Origin: Parvularia atlantis
Taxonomy: Eukaryota
DNA length: 46,201 nucleotides
Assembly (NCBI GenBank): GCA_943704415.1
Contig: CALSCO010000546.1
Coordinates: forward strand, 1 to 46,201
Direction: 5' to 3'
The position numbers and the translations under genes are program-made. The notes below the pieces were generated by a model, which made no database searches, was not told the origin of the DNA, and was given only the letters and a program-made list of their open reading frames with translations. Shown one piece after another: positions 22,206 to 34,833 of this stretch (positions are counted from its first letter, which is position 1; the number at the start of each line of letters is the position of its first letter).

Positions 22206-25200
22206 TCACCGCCGCTCCACGGCCAGGAACTTGAGAAAGGCAAAGGCGAGGGTGAGGAACCCAGCGTAGAACGCCGCAAGAATGCCGATGTCGCGCCAGT
22301 AGTTGTTGACGTTGAAGCCAAACTTGGTCAGGATCGTCTGCGCGTTGACCTGCGCACAGCGCCGCCGCCTCGTCGGTCGCAGTGCGCGCGGCGGGTCAGG
22401 CGCAGCGCACCGAGATCGAGATGCCCGCGGCCGAGTCGACGATGAGCACGCCGTTGAGCTCGTTCACGATCAGCGCCTCGAACGCGTAGTTGAAGAACGA
22501 GAGGTACTGGATCCAGTTGACGACGGGCGGAATCGTGTCTGGCGCAGCGACCGGTGAGCCGCGCGGCCAGCCACGCAGTGCGCCCGCACCCTTGTTGAGC
22601 AGAAAGCCGTTGAACAGCATTGCGAAGAGCACGCCCAGCGACGCCAGCAGGCTCGCCACGCTCGTGTTTTTGAACAGCGTGCCGTACACGAGCACGAACG
22701 CGCCCGCTGGCGAGACCGCGTCAGCACCCACCGGGCACAGACGCGCACAACCCAGACGCCCCGCGCACCCGTGAGGTTGAACAGCACCATCGCCAGCATA
22801 AACTTGAAAAAGTGCCCGGCTTCAGCGTTGAACCCGATCATGAAGTACGCGATGCACGAGATGATGACGGGCGGCGCGACGCGCAGCGGCACGTTGTCAA
22901 ACAGGACCTGCGACCACCATTGTCAGCGGCGCATGCAGCTTGCGGTGCGGGCGGCGTGCCTTGGACGCGTAGTATGCCATTGGGCCGTAGTACCCGTTCG
23001 AGCGCTCGCCGATGAACTGCAGCCGCTCGCTCGAAAAAAGCTGCCGGACGCGTCAGCTCGCGCGCCCGCCCCGCGCCTGTGCAGCCGCGCACCTCGAGCG
23101 AGCTCAGCGCCCCAAACGCGAAGATCGCCAGCAGGAAGAAGATAAACCCGAGCCGGTTCTGCACCCCGGCAAGCGAGTTGTCGACCTTCCAGAACAGGCC
23201 GCCAAGGAGCACTGCAGACGCGACACACAAGCGCGCGCGCGCGCGTCAGGTGACCCTGCGCAGGCCGGCAGCAGACAGCACGCACGCCCAATCACGACCG
23301 CGATGAGAAAATGCGCGATCATCAGCATCGGCTCGCGGTAGAACGTCTTGAACGCGCGGCTGGCCAGCACAACGAAGCGCTGCAGCTCCGACGGCTGCGT
23401 GCGCTCGCTCTGCGTCGCTGCCCCTCAGCCGCCGGCTCTGGCGTGGCGCGCGTGCGGTGTTGGCCGCGCACCGCCTCCTCGCTGCCGCCGTCTGCCGCTC
23501 CGCTCCCGACGAGCTGCGCCTGCAGGTTGGTGTGCGCCGCCGACGACAGGTAGCGCTCGCAGAGCATCTTCTCGTGCGCGGCGACGTCAGCAGCCGTCGT
23601 GGTCCCAGCGGTGGACGTGCGGAGGAGCGTGCTGCCGCTGCGCGGGCTGTCGTCTGCACGCGCGCGCGGTCGGCCATCAACAGCGCGCGCCGACCCGCGC
23701 GCACCGGTCACGGACTCCTTGAACGACTGCATCTCGTACGCCGCAGCGTCGTCCGCCAGCTTGCGCGGCTCGGCTGCTATGGGCGCGTTGGGCCCGAGCG
23801 AGACCAGGTCGACTGGGCGAGACCATGCGACGCGCGTCAGTGCGCATACAACACCGGGGGGACCTGCGGCTGCGGACGTACTGAGGTAGTCGGCCGGGTT
23901 GTAGCCCGGCGGGCACGGGAAGTCGATCGTGGCAAAGTGCGGCAGGGCGTCCGCTGCGGGCCCCGAGAACACGACCTGGCCGTGCGCCAGCAGGAGCAGG
24001 TCGTCAAACATGCCAAAGATGTTGGACCTGCGCGCGTGTGACTCCATCAGCGCAGCGTCGTCGTGCGCATCGATCGCGCACCTGGGCTGGTGGATCGACA
24101 TGATGATCGTCGTCCCAGTCTGCTTGGCCAGGCGCTGCAGCACCGACACGACCACAAAGGCCGAGTTGGCATCCAGGCCCGACGTCGGCTCGTCCTGCGC
24201 AGGCGCGTGTGAGGCACGGCGCACGGCTGCGATCGGCTGACGCGGCGCACAAGGAACAGCACTTGCGGCATCGTCACCAGCTCGCACGCGATCGACAGCC
24301 GGCGCTTCTCGCCACCCGAGATGCCGCGGACGTCTTTGCGTGCGCGCCGCGCGCGTGAGCGCAACGCCGTCGGGGTTTGGCGTGCGCACACCCTTGTTGC
24401 CGACGTAGCGGTCACCGATGTGCTGGATGCCGAGGATCTGCAGCACGGCCTCGGCCTGCCGGTGGTGCGGTGTGAGCAGCCGGAGCGATCACGCGCGCGG
24501 GCCAGCAGGCGCGACCCACGCGCAGGAGCTTGTCGATGTAGGACAGCGTCGGCGGCAGGCGCAGCTGCGCGGCGTACTGGACCGTCTCGCGCACGGTCAG
24601 GCGCGGCAGGAGCGTGTCCTCCTGGTCGACGTAGCTGCGGTTGCACGTGAGCGCGCGTGCGGCGAGCAAGCGGCACAGACCCGGCGATGAGCTTGAACCG
24701 GCTCCGCGGCACCTTCTTGCCGTTGACGAGCACCATGCCGCCGACGACGCCAGTCTTCTGCTTCTGCGCGAGGATGTCGAGCACGGTCGTCTTGCCGGCC
24801 CCTGATGCGCGGCGGTGATCAGCCGTGCATCGATCGTGACGAGGCACGCGGGCCGCACCGGACGCGCCGATGATGGCCATCATTTTGCCGGCACCGACGT
24901 GGCCCGACACTCCCACGACCAGGTGCTGCACCGCGTCGCGTACGCCTGCAGCCCCGCGCGCGCGTGCGTCAACGAGGCGCGACACAGCGTCGACGGACGC
25001 GGCGCACGTAGCGAGTACGAGATGTCGACAAATGTGAACGTGCTCGGTTGCTTGGTCATGATCGCCGCAAACGCCTGGCCGTCGTCGGCCTTGCGCGCGA
25101 CTAGTTGCTGGGCCACGCGCTGGTTGTACATCGAGCGCAGCAGGAACGCCGCTGTACCACGCGCGCCGTCAGCACACGAGCCGCGTGCACGCAGAGACAA

Positions 25201-26634
25201 ACCGGCAAGTACGACGATGAGCCCGCCGACCGCGCCACCGACCGCGCCGCCGATGGTCACAGCGTCGATGCGCACAGGTGGTTGTGTCTGGTCGCACGTC
25301 AGCAGGGCGGCATGCTGGCGCGGCGACGACGCACCGGCTCTGCCGGCAGCGAGCACTCACCGTAGTTGCACGTCAGGCTGATCGGCCCAACAAAGCCGGC
25401 GACGATCGATTCTGCCCGTCGCGCCGTCAGCATCAGCGCCTGCGACAAAGCCGCGGCTCGGCGCGCGCCTGTGAACGAGCACGTGCCGTCGAACCTGCAG
25501 CGCACGTTCGAGCTGTCATTGATTTCGTCGAGGATGATGCCCAGGTCTGGCGCGGAGCGCTCAGTGCGCGAGAGACATCGCAGCCGGACGCGCACGACCG
25601 CACCAAACGACGACCCGAGCAGCTCGGCGCCGTTGCCGCACATGTACGCACCCTGGTAGCAGCGGCAGCGCGTGGTCGCGCAGTCGATCTGCCACTCGTC
25701 CGTGCCCGCTGCGACGCGACCGCGCGCGTGAGCGCACCGTGCACCGCCTGCCGCACGCCCCCCGACCACTGACGCACGCGATGACTGCTCGCAGTCCGAC
25801 ATGGCGCAGAAGAACTGCTCCTGCGGCCCGTCCGGCAGACCCACAAAGCTGCTCACGCTGATGACCATCTGGAACACGGCCGTCTGGCTCTCGGCAAAGT
25901 ACTGCAGCGAGGCGTAGCTGGGCCAGTTGTTGATGACGGCGTCGAGCGACATGTTCTCGATCGAGCAGTTGGCGTAGCCGATCGTCGTCGGGAAGTAGGC
26001 TAGCGCGCGGCCGTGTCACGCGCCACTCGCACACAGGCGACCTTGCGACCGCAGGCACTCACCCTTGTTGCAGGTGTAGTTGCGCCCGGGCTGGTTGAGC
26101 GGCTCGCACGAAGCGTCGGCTGTGCAGACTGGGCACGCGTGAGCGACACGCACAGACGCACGCACGCGGGAGCGACTCGCTCGCGCACCCTGGCACTCGA
26201 TGCCCGCCCAGCCCGCGTCGCACGCGCACGAGCCGCCAGGGGCGCGCGCGTACTCGGTGCCGTCGAGTGCGTTGTGCCAGCAGATCTTGCTCGCGCAGTT
26301 GGCGCCGCCGTACCCGAGCTGGCATCGGCACGCGCCGCTATCGAGGCACTCACCGTACGCGCCGCAGTACTGGCGCCGCGTGGTGCGCGTGAGCCGCGGT
26401 CGCCGGCACGCGCACGCAACGCACGCCCGAGAACGCCGTGCAGTTGACGCTCGGTGCGCACGACGGGCACAGCGGGCAGCCGTCGGCGGCGGTCGGCAGG
26501 GCCGTGGGTGTGGCCGTGGGCGCGGCGACGACGGTGACCGTCGCCGTGGCGCACGCCGTCGGCGTCTCCTGCGCGGCCACCACGGCGAGCGCCAACAGCA
26601 CCAACGCGGAGACGGCGCGCCGGCTGCTTGCCAT
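22206..26634 (-). CDS. ADP1-like ABCG half-transporter with signal peptide and Cys-rich/EGF-like ectodomain
   Basis: A signal peptide and EGF-like CRCQLGYGGANC and CACDAGWAGIEC precede a TM helix. Then come Walker A GASGAGKTT, signature ISGGEKRRLSIACEL, DEPTSGLD, SIHQPR and an ABC2 membrane domain (ERSNGYY, YLSFFNYAFEAL). Confidence 0.92.
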
Positions 26635-26724
26635 GCAGTTGACAACTGTAGCACATCTGGCGAGACCGGTTGAGGCCCGGCGCCAGGTCGCGGGCATATT
26701 GGCAATTCCGTGAGTCGAGTCGTT
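26635..26724. promoter_or_regulatory. 90-bp divergent promoter region, ABCG / CDT1, containing palindrome CAGTTGACAACTG
   Basis: Head-to-head ATGs at 26634 and 26725. The palindrome is at 26636-26648. Confidence 0.55.
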
Positions 26725-28415
26725 ATGGACCTGCGGAACGCCTTCCTCGTCCGCAAGCGCGCCTTGGCGGCACAGGACGCCGCGCCGGCCAAGCGGAGGG
26801 TGCGGCGGGCTGCGCAGCCTGGTTGGAGCCGTGACGCTCACGACTGTTGCGCAGCGCGAAGCGCCGCCGCCCGTCGCGCGCCGTCTCTTCGCGTCGCCGC
26901 CCGAGCCTGCCGAAGACGTCGTGACGATCGACAGCCTTGCTGCAGTAGCCGACATAGCGGCGGTCGCCGACGTCGTGGCGGTCGAAGAGCCAAAGATCGC
27001 GACGCGCGCCGAGACCGCGCTGCTGCGGTCGCCAGCCGCGTCGCCAAAGCGAGCGCCGCCGAGCCCAGCACCTCGAGCACCACCGAGCCCGAAGCGCGCA
27101 CCGCCGAGCCCGAAGCGCGCACCGCCGAGCCCGGCAGGGTCGCCGGCCAGGCCGGTCGCACTGCCGGCACCGCGCTTCACGGCCGTGGTGCGCGACTCGC
27201 GTCGCCAGCCGTGCGCCGCGCGCTCACACCTCGATGCAGGCCGCCACCGCCCCGCTGCCGCAGACCTACGCGATGCTCGACAAGGTGTTTGGCGCGCTCG
27301 AGACCGTGTGCTCGATCACGCACATGCGCGGCGAGGCGTGCATCTTCGACAAGATGAAGAAGTCGATTGAATACACGTGCAAGCGGTGCGCGCGCGCGCG
27401 CCTGTGCCGCCGGAGCCTGACGCCAGGCCACCGCAGGACCATCTGCCGCGCGCACCTCGCGCAGATCCGCACCGTCTACCCCGAGGCGTACGAGTACCAC
27501 GCCGTGCCGTTCACGATGCGCGACACGAACCTGCAGTCGTCCATCCTGCTCAAGCCGACGGTGGAGCTGGGCTCGACCACGGCCACGCTCGAGGGCCGCC
27601 ACCCGGGCGTCGTGCGCCAGGAAGAGTTCCGGCACCGTCTGCTGAACCGTGTCAAGGAGCATCACGACGTGCGTGTGGCTGCGCGGCTGCCCACGTTTGC
27701 CGTGCTTACTGCCGCTGCACGCACCCAGGCGTTTGTGACGACGCTGCCGACACCGCCCGCCGTGCCCGTGCCGCTGCAGCAGTGGCACCCGGACTTTGAC
27801 CTCGACGACGTGCCGCCCATCCCCGAGGCCGAGCTGCCCGAGATGGCGCTGCTCACGACCACGACGGCGCTGCAGCTGCTGCAGTCGCGCGAGACGAGCA
27901 GGCTGCCTGCGGCGATCGCCGCGAGCCTCGCCAAGGTCGCAGCGGCCGCGGCCGAGCCGGCGCCAACGTCTGCGCCTGCGCCAGCGCCTGCGCCAGAGGC
28001 AAAGGTCGACGGCAAGCCGCAGAAGATGTCGGCCGTGACCCTCGCGCTGCTCGAACGCGTGCGGGCGCGCGAGCGGCAGCAGGCGCAGGAGCACATGGCC
28101 GGGCAGACGCCGGCGCAGCGCGAGCGGGCCCTGCGCGTGGCGCGGCTGCCGACGCTGGTGGACTCGATCCAGTTCATCTACAGCAGCCACGCGCGCGACG
28201 CGCTGTACGAGCACAACATCGCGGCCAAGCTCGCGAGCAGCTACCACGTGCCGATCGGGCCGGAGGAGATGCGCGCGCACCTGCACCTGCTGGCCGAGCT
28301 GCTGCCGTCGTGGTGCTCGCTCGTGCGCTCGGACCACGGCGTGCTATTCAAGATCGACCGGAGCACGAACGTGAACGAGGTCAAGACCGCGCTGCACGCG
28401 GCGTCGACGCGATGA
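26725..28415 (+). CDS. CDT1: DNA replication licensing factor CDT1
   Basis: Motifs LPQTYAMLDKVFGALETV, HLAQIRTVYPEAY, FRHRLLNRVKEHH, WHPDFDLDDVPPIPEAELP, LLERVRARE, HLHLLAELLPSW. Confidence 0.92.
27041..27133 (+). repeat. Degenerate 21-bp tandem repeat encoding SPKRAPP units
   Basis: ccgagcccgaagcgcgcaccg-type units translate to SPKRAPPSPAPRAPPSPKRAPPSPKRAPPSP. Confidence 0.85.
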
Positions 28416-28474
28416 TCACCTGCCCCTCGGCTTGTAACCAACCACACGCGCGACACGCACACAACGCATTGCGC

Positions 28475-29986
28475 TCACCACTCTGCCAGGCTCAGCACCA
28501 CCCGGCCCGACACCTCGCGGCTCTCGATCTTGGTCTGCGCGGCCGCAAACTCCTCCAGCGGCAGCACGGCGTCAATGCGCGGCCGGATGTCACGCTCCGA
28601 CATGAAGCGGAAGCAGCGCTCGAGCTCGGGCGCGGTGCAGCTGTGTGCAGCGTGTGCAGCGTGAGTATGCTGCACCGGGGTCCGCGGCACACGCGCCTGT
28701 CGCTGCCGATGACCTCAAGGCCGTTGATGATCATGGCACCAAGCGGGACGCTCGCGGCCGCGTTGGTCACGTTGCCGATCAGCACCAGCCGGCCGCGCGG
28801 GCGCAGGGCGCGCAGCGAGCTATTGAAGGTCGGCGCGCCGACGGCCTCGAAGGCCATGTCGACCTGCACCGCCGGGTGCGTTGGTTCGCTCGCGATACAC
28901 ACACGGCACGCGACGCACCCCGCCCTTGAGCGCCGGCTCCTTGTGGAACGCGCCGTCCTTGGCCACGACAACGTTGGCGTGCATGCCGCGCAGAAACTCG
29001 ACCTTGCTCTCGCTCGACGTGACGGCCGTGACCTCGCAGCCCTGCGTACGCGCCGTCAGAACGCGAGAGGTAGCGGGTACTGCGCACCATCGCCTTGGCA
29101 ACCTGCACCGCCGCACTGCCAACGCCGCCCGTCGCGCCCTGCGTGCGTCTGAGCGCGCGCACATGACGCGCACGCGGGCCCTCGGAGGGGTGCGCACCGT
29201 CACGACGACGCGCTCGCCCGGCTGCAGACGTCCGCGCGTGATCGCCGCGTGCCACACTGCCGTTCCGCGCGTCTCAACTCGGGTGCATGACGCGGCAACA
29301 GGCACGCACCCGTCCCGAACGTGCACATGACGGTCGCGGCCTCGACCGCCGTGAAGCCCTGCGGCACCTTGACAAAGGCCGACGCGCCGCAGACGGTGTA
29401 CTGCGCGTAGCTGGGCGCTCGGATGAGCAGCGCCACACGTCGCCCGCCTCCCCACCGCACCCGCCGTCGTTCGTGAGGCCGAGGAACGAGTCGCGGCGGT
29501 TGGCGCAGTAGGACGACTGGCCGCTGAGGCACGCGTCGCAGTGGCCGCACGGCGCCCAGTGCAGCGACACGACGCGGTCGCCCGCACGCAGCCCGCTCAC
29601 GGCCGCGCCGACCTTGTCGACGACGCCGGCAATCTCGCTGCGCGCGCGCCGGGAGCGTGCGTGAGGCATGCTGTGCGCGCCGACGTGTGCGCGGGCGGCG
29701 CACTGGCCCGGCACAATGCCGTTGCGGATGAACGGGAAGGCGCCCTTGCGGTCGAGCACGTCGCGATGGCAGACGCCGCACGCCGCGACCTTGACACGGA
29801 CCTGCGCATCGCGCGGCTCGGGCACGGGCACGTCGCGGTGCAGCTGCAGCTGACCGATGTCGCCGGGCGCGGCCATGCGCACGGCCAGCATCGTCAGGTC
29901 TTAGCGTCGCGGCTCAGCAGCGCCCGCGTGTGCGCGCGCATCTCGTTCGCACCGCGCCGCGACAGTCTCGTCGTCCGTGCGAGCAT
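28475..29986 (-). CDS. Zn-dependent medium-chain dehydrogenase/reductase with probable mitochondrial presequence
   Basis: Motifs GVCHRD, GHEIAG, structural-Zn CGHCDACLSGQSSYC, GATGGVG, GRLVLIGN, SGRVVL. A short first exon MLARTTRLSRR splices in frame to DLTMLAVR. Confidence 0.9.
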
Positions 29987-30047
29987 CACAGTGTCGTGAA
30001 CATCCAACAGACAACCGCATCCTCACACCGCCACCTCACAGCCCTTC

Positions 30048-32183
30048 TCACGCCGAGGCAGAGGCCGTGGTCGCCTGCGACAGCGCCTGCACCTCGGGGA
30101 GGTACTCTTTCCAGAGTTCGATCGTCTGCCCTCGCGCATCAGCACCCCGCAAGCCCACAAGGCACGGCGCACCTTCCGCTGCGTCTCCATCATCGACTCG
30201 ACGAAGGCCTGCATCGCGCTCTGGAAGTCGGCCACTTTCTCGTCGTCAAACTTGGCCAGCTCCTCGCGGATGAGTTTGCTCATGTCCTCAAACTCCTTCG
30301 TGCTCTTGGCCTCAGCCTCCTCGGCCTCTTCGACGTCCTTCTCCAGCGACGAGACCTTGGCCGCCTTGGACGGCTGCAGCCGCGTCTTCTCGAGCGTCTC
30401 GCGCTTGCTCACCAGCGCCTTGTCGGCCGCCTGCATCGCCGCGAAGGCCTTGCTGCGCGCCTGAAGCACGAGCTGCGCGACGCCAGGCCGTATCAAAAGC
30501 GCGCGCACATCGCAAGCGTGCACGCACCTTGATCGAGCTCATCGTGCGCAGGTACTCGTCCACCGTGTTGCCAAAGAGCAGGTCGTCTTGCGTCGCCTGC
30601 TCGTTGTACAGGTCGCGGATCTTCTGTTGCACCTTGGTCAGCTGCGTAAACGCGTTGGCCAGCGGCTTGTTGCTCTCGGACGACGCCAGCGACGACACGC
30701 TCTCGCCAAACTCGCCCGCAGCAGCAGCGAGGTCTGCGCGGTCGCGCTCCGGTCAGCACCGCCTGTGCAGTGCGCGCCGCACGACGTGCCCTTGCGCTGC
30801 TTTACGACGACCTCGACGCACTTGTACAGCGCCTTGAGCTGCGACTCGAGCATCTCGAGCTGACCGCGCTTGTTCTCGAACCACTAATGCGACGCGGGTC
30901 AGGCCAGAGCTTCACGCACGCAAGCGACGGACACCTCGTCGCGCTCGGGGATCTTGGCAAACGTCTGCGCCGTGTTGGCCACGACCTCGGTCAGGCTCGA
31001 CGTGAGCGACTGGAAAAAGCCGCCCTTGGACTTTTCCTTCTTCTTGTTCGCAATCTGGCCGGCCCGATCAGGCAGCGCGGGGCAGGGGCAGGGCGCGGCA
31101 GGCGGACGCACCGCAGCCTCGATATGGTCCGCCTCAAGGAAGAGCTTGAACTCGGGCGCCTTGTACAGCACCGGGTTGGTCGCGACGCGGCGCAGGAAGC
31201 GCTCAAGCCCGATGCGGCGGTTGTCGACAAACTCCGAGTCGAAGCGGCCTGCCGCCGGCGTCAGCATGGTGACGCCAGCGTGCGCTCGCGCCCGTGCACC
31301 GAGCGCCTGCTTGTCCGGGATGCGCGGGACGATCACGCCCGGGTTGGCGTTGGTGAGCTCGTTGAACAGCCACACAAAGTGGTTGAAGCGGCGCTGCACC
31401 GACGACGACGTCTTAAAGTCGGGCGCGGCGGTCTGTGCGGGCGATGCACGGTGAGCGGCGTGTGCGTGCGGCCTCGACGCGCGCGCGCACCTTGTTCGTG
31501 ATCGTGTAGAGCATGTACGACGTCATGGCCTCGGTCTTCTTGACGGGGTCCTGCACGACAATCTCGAACGCGGGCAGGTTGGCCGCCGCGGCGCTCGCGG
31601 CGGACGCCGGCGCGGGCGCAGCCGCGGCCGCGGGTGCGGGCGTCGCGGCTGCCGCCGGCTTGGAGGCGGGCGCGGGCTTGGGCGGCGCGGGTGCTGGCAC
31701 GGACGCCCGCTGCCGCACGTCGCACGCACGTCAGTCAAGCAGCGCGCTGTCGGTGCTGCTGCGCGCGCACCTTGCGCTCGGGCTGCGCCTGCTCGACAAA
31801 CTTGTCGCTCAGGGCTGCCGAGCGCGCGTCACGCCCGCACGTGCGGCGCTCCGGCACGGCCACGCACCCTCCTTGACCGACACGACCGCGTCGTCCGCCG
31901 GTACGGCGGCCTTGCCGAGCGGATCGTCGGCGTGGCTGACGGGCTTCGAGGCGGCCTGGCGGGCGGCGCGCGTGTGCAGCACGTGTGGGCAAAGTGGTAG
32001 CGCATGCCTTTGCGCACGCCTGCGCACCGCCACGACGGGCGTCGCCGCCTCGCCCGCGGTCGTGCTCGTCGTCACCGCCGCCGCCGCTTCACCGTCCGCG
32101 TCCACCACGGCCACCTCGGCCGCCGCCGGCGCCGCGTCGCTCGCCTTCTCGCCAAAGGGATCGTCGTCGCCGAACGGGTCCAT
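30048..32183 (-). CDS. PX-BAR sorting nexin (SNX1/2, Vps5-like)
   Basis: PX: FEIVVQDPVK, VQRRFNHFVWL, PGVIVPRIPDKQ, FVDNRRIGLERFL. BAR: WFENKRGQLEMLESQLKAL...EFEDMSKLIREELAKFD. Confidence 0.93.
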
Positions 32184-32234
32184 GTCTGTACCACGCGCGG
32201 TGCAAACTTGCCAGGCACGCGATGGACATCCGCG

Positions 32235-34757
32235 ATGCTCGCTGCCCACCTTGCCGCATCGCGCTGGACCGCGCCCGAGGCGCTCGCCGCGTCGCCGCGC
32301 GGCCCGGTCGTGCTGCTCGTGCTGCCGGACGCGCGCATCGGCGGCGGTGACGTGGCTGCTCCGGCGTGGTGGGCAGCGCGCGGGCTTGGCAGGACGATCG
32401 AACGGCTAGATCGCATAGCGCCCACATCGAGCTCTGCCGAGCGCGTCGTTCTGCGCCCGCTCGCCGGCAACCCCGTGCTCGTCCTGCCCGAAGCGGCGGC
32501 GCACGGTGTCGGAGCGGCGCAGGCGGCGGCTGCCGCCCGGCGCACGTGGACCGGCCTCGTCGTGCCGCACGGCGCGCTGCTGCCGGTGCCGCTGATGGGC
32601 CGCGCGTGCCTCTTCCGTGTCAATCTCGGTGCCGATGGGCCGTCGTCGGCTGCAATCGCGGCGGCCACCGACGTGCACGTCGTGGTCGAGAGCGAGCCCG
32701 AGCCCGAGCCCGAGCAGGCGGAGCAGGCGCCACTGCTCGGCGTGGACGAGCCGCGCGCGCTGCTGGACGAGCTGCTCCGTGCGCGAGGCATCGCGATTCA
32801 CCGCTGTGGCTCACGCGCTGCTGAACACGCAGGGCAGTGCTTTGACGGCGGGGCGGCGCGGCGCAACGTCGGCATGGAGCCCGTGCGCGCCGTCCTGGTC
32901 TCTGGCGCGCCCGGCAGTGGCAAAACGGCGCTGATCGCGTGCGTCTGCGCATGCGGCAGCAACGGGCTCGCATGCTCACACCCCGGTGCAGCGACGTGTG
33001 CCGCCGCCGAGACGTGCAGCGCGTGCAACTGTCGTGCGTCACCGCGTGGGCGCAGGCGACGACGCTCGCAGGCCTCGGCATGGACGCCGTGCCGATCAAG
33101 CACGTGGGCCACGTCGCCGCGATGCTCGAGACGCACGCGCGTCCCACGGTCGTGCACGTGCCCGACCTGCACCGCCTGTGCGCACCGTACCACGGCCACG
33201 ACAACCACGCCCAGTACGCGCGCCAGGCCGCGCTCAGGGTCTTCGGCGCCTTTGTCGCCCAGCTACCGGAGCGGGTGCGTGCGACGACGCACCGGGCAGT
33301 GGACGGCCTCACTGAGACGCGCGCCGACGCCGCCAGGTGTGCGTTGTGGCCGAAGTGCACGGCCCGAGGGACGCACTGCCCGCCGCCTTGCCCGCGTCGC
33401 TGTTTGCGGGCGACGTCGCGCTGCTGCCGCTGCAGCTGTGCGTGTGCTCGGTTGCGCTGACAGGCACGACGCTGACAACACGCAGGCCCGAGCGACGCGA
33501 GCTGCTGCTGCGCCATCTGAGTGACGTTGCGTCGCAAGCCGTGGAGCGGCTCGCGCTGGTGCGCTGCCTGAGCAGCTGCACGCGTTTGCTGATCCCCCGC
33601 GTGTCGTGCAGCTCACCGCCGGCTGCACCGGACGCGACCTCGTCCGCATCACCGAGCGCGCACGCCGCCCTGACGACGTCGTCGACGCGCTCGAGCGTCT
33701 CACGCTGCAGCCGTGCGTTGGCCGCGTTCGGCGTTGCCGCGTGGTACCTCACGTCGCCACCGGGCAGGCACGCCACCGAGTCGGCACTCTGGTCCGCGCT
33801 GCAGAGCGTCCGCCCGCTGCGCGCCCCCGCTGCACCCGCGAACCACGCGGCGCCATCGCAGGCGCCGTTCGCCGGGTACAAGCGCGTCGTCGAACGTTTG
33901 CACCGCCTGCTGGCGTGGCCGCTAGCCTACCCGGCCGCGTACGAGCGGCTCGGCCTGGAGCAGCCGCGCGGTGCGATCTGCAGGGCCCCGGACGCTGCTT
34001 TTCTGACGCTGCAGCGCCAGGCGTGCTGCTCTTTGGCCCCTCCGGCTGCGGCAAGACGCTGCTGGCCAACACGCTCCTGCGCACGCTCGGCGTCAACACG
34101 ATTCGCCTGCGCGGCTCGGAGCTGTTCTCGCGCTACTTGGGCGAATCGGAGCGCGCGGTGCGGCGGACCTTTGCGGCTGCGCGGCAGCGCGCCCCGTGCG
34201 TCGTGTTCCTCGACGAGCTCGAGGCGGTGGCGGTGCGGCGCGACCTCTCGAGCGACAGCAGCGGCGGCGGCGGCGGCACGGGCGTCGGCGAGCGGGTGCT
34301 GTCGCAGCTGCTAAACGAGATGGACGGCATCGGCGTGCTCGGCAGCGTCGTCGTTCTCGCCTGCACCAACCGGCCCGACAAGCTCGACGACGCCCTGCTG
34401 CGGCCCGGCCGCCTCGATCAGCTCGTGCACATCGGCGTGCCAGACGCGCACAACCGGCGTGCGCTGCTCGAGGCCCTGAGCGTCCACGTCCCGACCGACG
34501 CCGCATCACTTGCGCCAGACGACTGGGCGCGCCTGGTGGACGCGACCGCGGGCTGCACCGGCGCCGACCTGCACGCGCTCTACAACGACGCTGCTCTGGC
34601 GGCGCTGCACGCGTCTGCGAGCGGCCCGCTGGCCGCGTGTGTGCACCGCGACGACCTGCTGCACGCTGCCGAGACGGCACGGCGGCGGCGCGCGCCGCGC
34701 GGCGAGTACGCGCAAATCAGCATGGCGTTTGCGATCGCCAAGGGCGTTTCACCGTAG
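32235..34757 (+). CDS. CDC48/AFG2 (SPATA5/SPATA5L1)-like double AAA+ ATPase with degenerate D1
   Basis: D1: GAPGSGKT. D2: GVLLFGPSGCGKT, SRYLGESERAVR, VFLDELE, RVLSQLLNEMDG, TNRPDKLDDALLRPGRLD. Confidence 0.85.
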
Positions 34758-34766
34758 TTCATCGAG

Positions 34767-34819
34767 GTGCGATGCGTATCGCTCTGGTCGCCCGCGGCGT
34801 CTGACGAGCGCCCGGCCAG
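34767..34819 (+). other. Spliceosomal intron lying in the spacer between two same-strand CDSs
   Basis: GAG|GTGCGA...CTGAC...GGCCAG|, 53 nt. It has the same form and length as coding-region introns in this window. Confidence 0.7.
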
Positions 34820-34833
34820 GAAGCAACACGAGC

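Noticed and set aside
26688..26699. E2F site upstream of CDT1
   Set aside because: TATGCCCGCG on the minus strand only partly matches TTTSSCGC, and such matches are common at this GC content.
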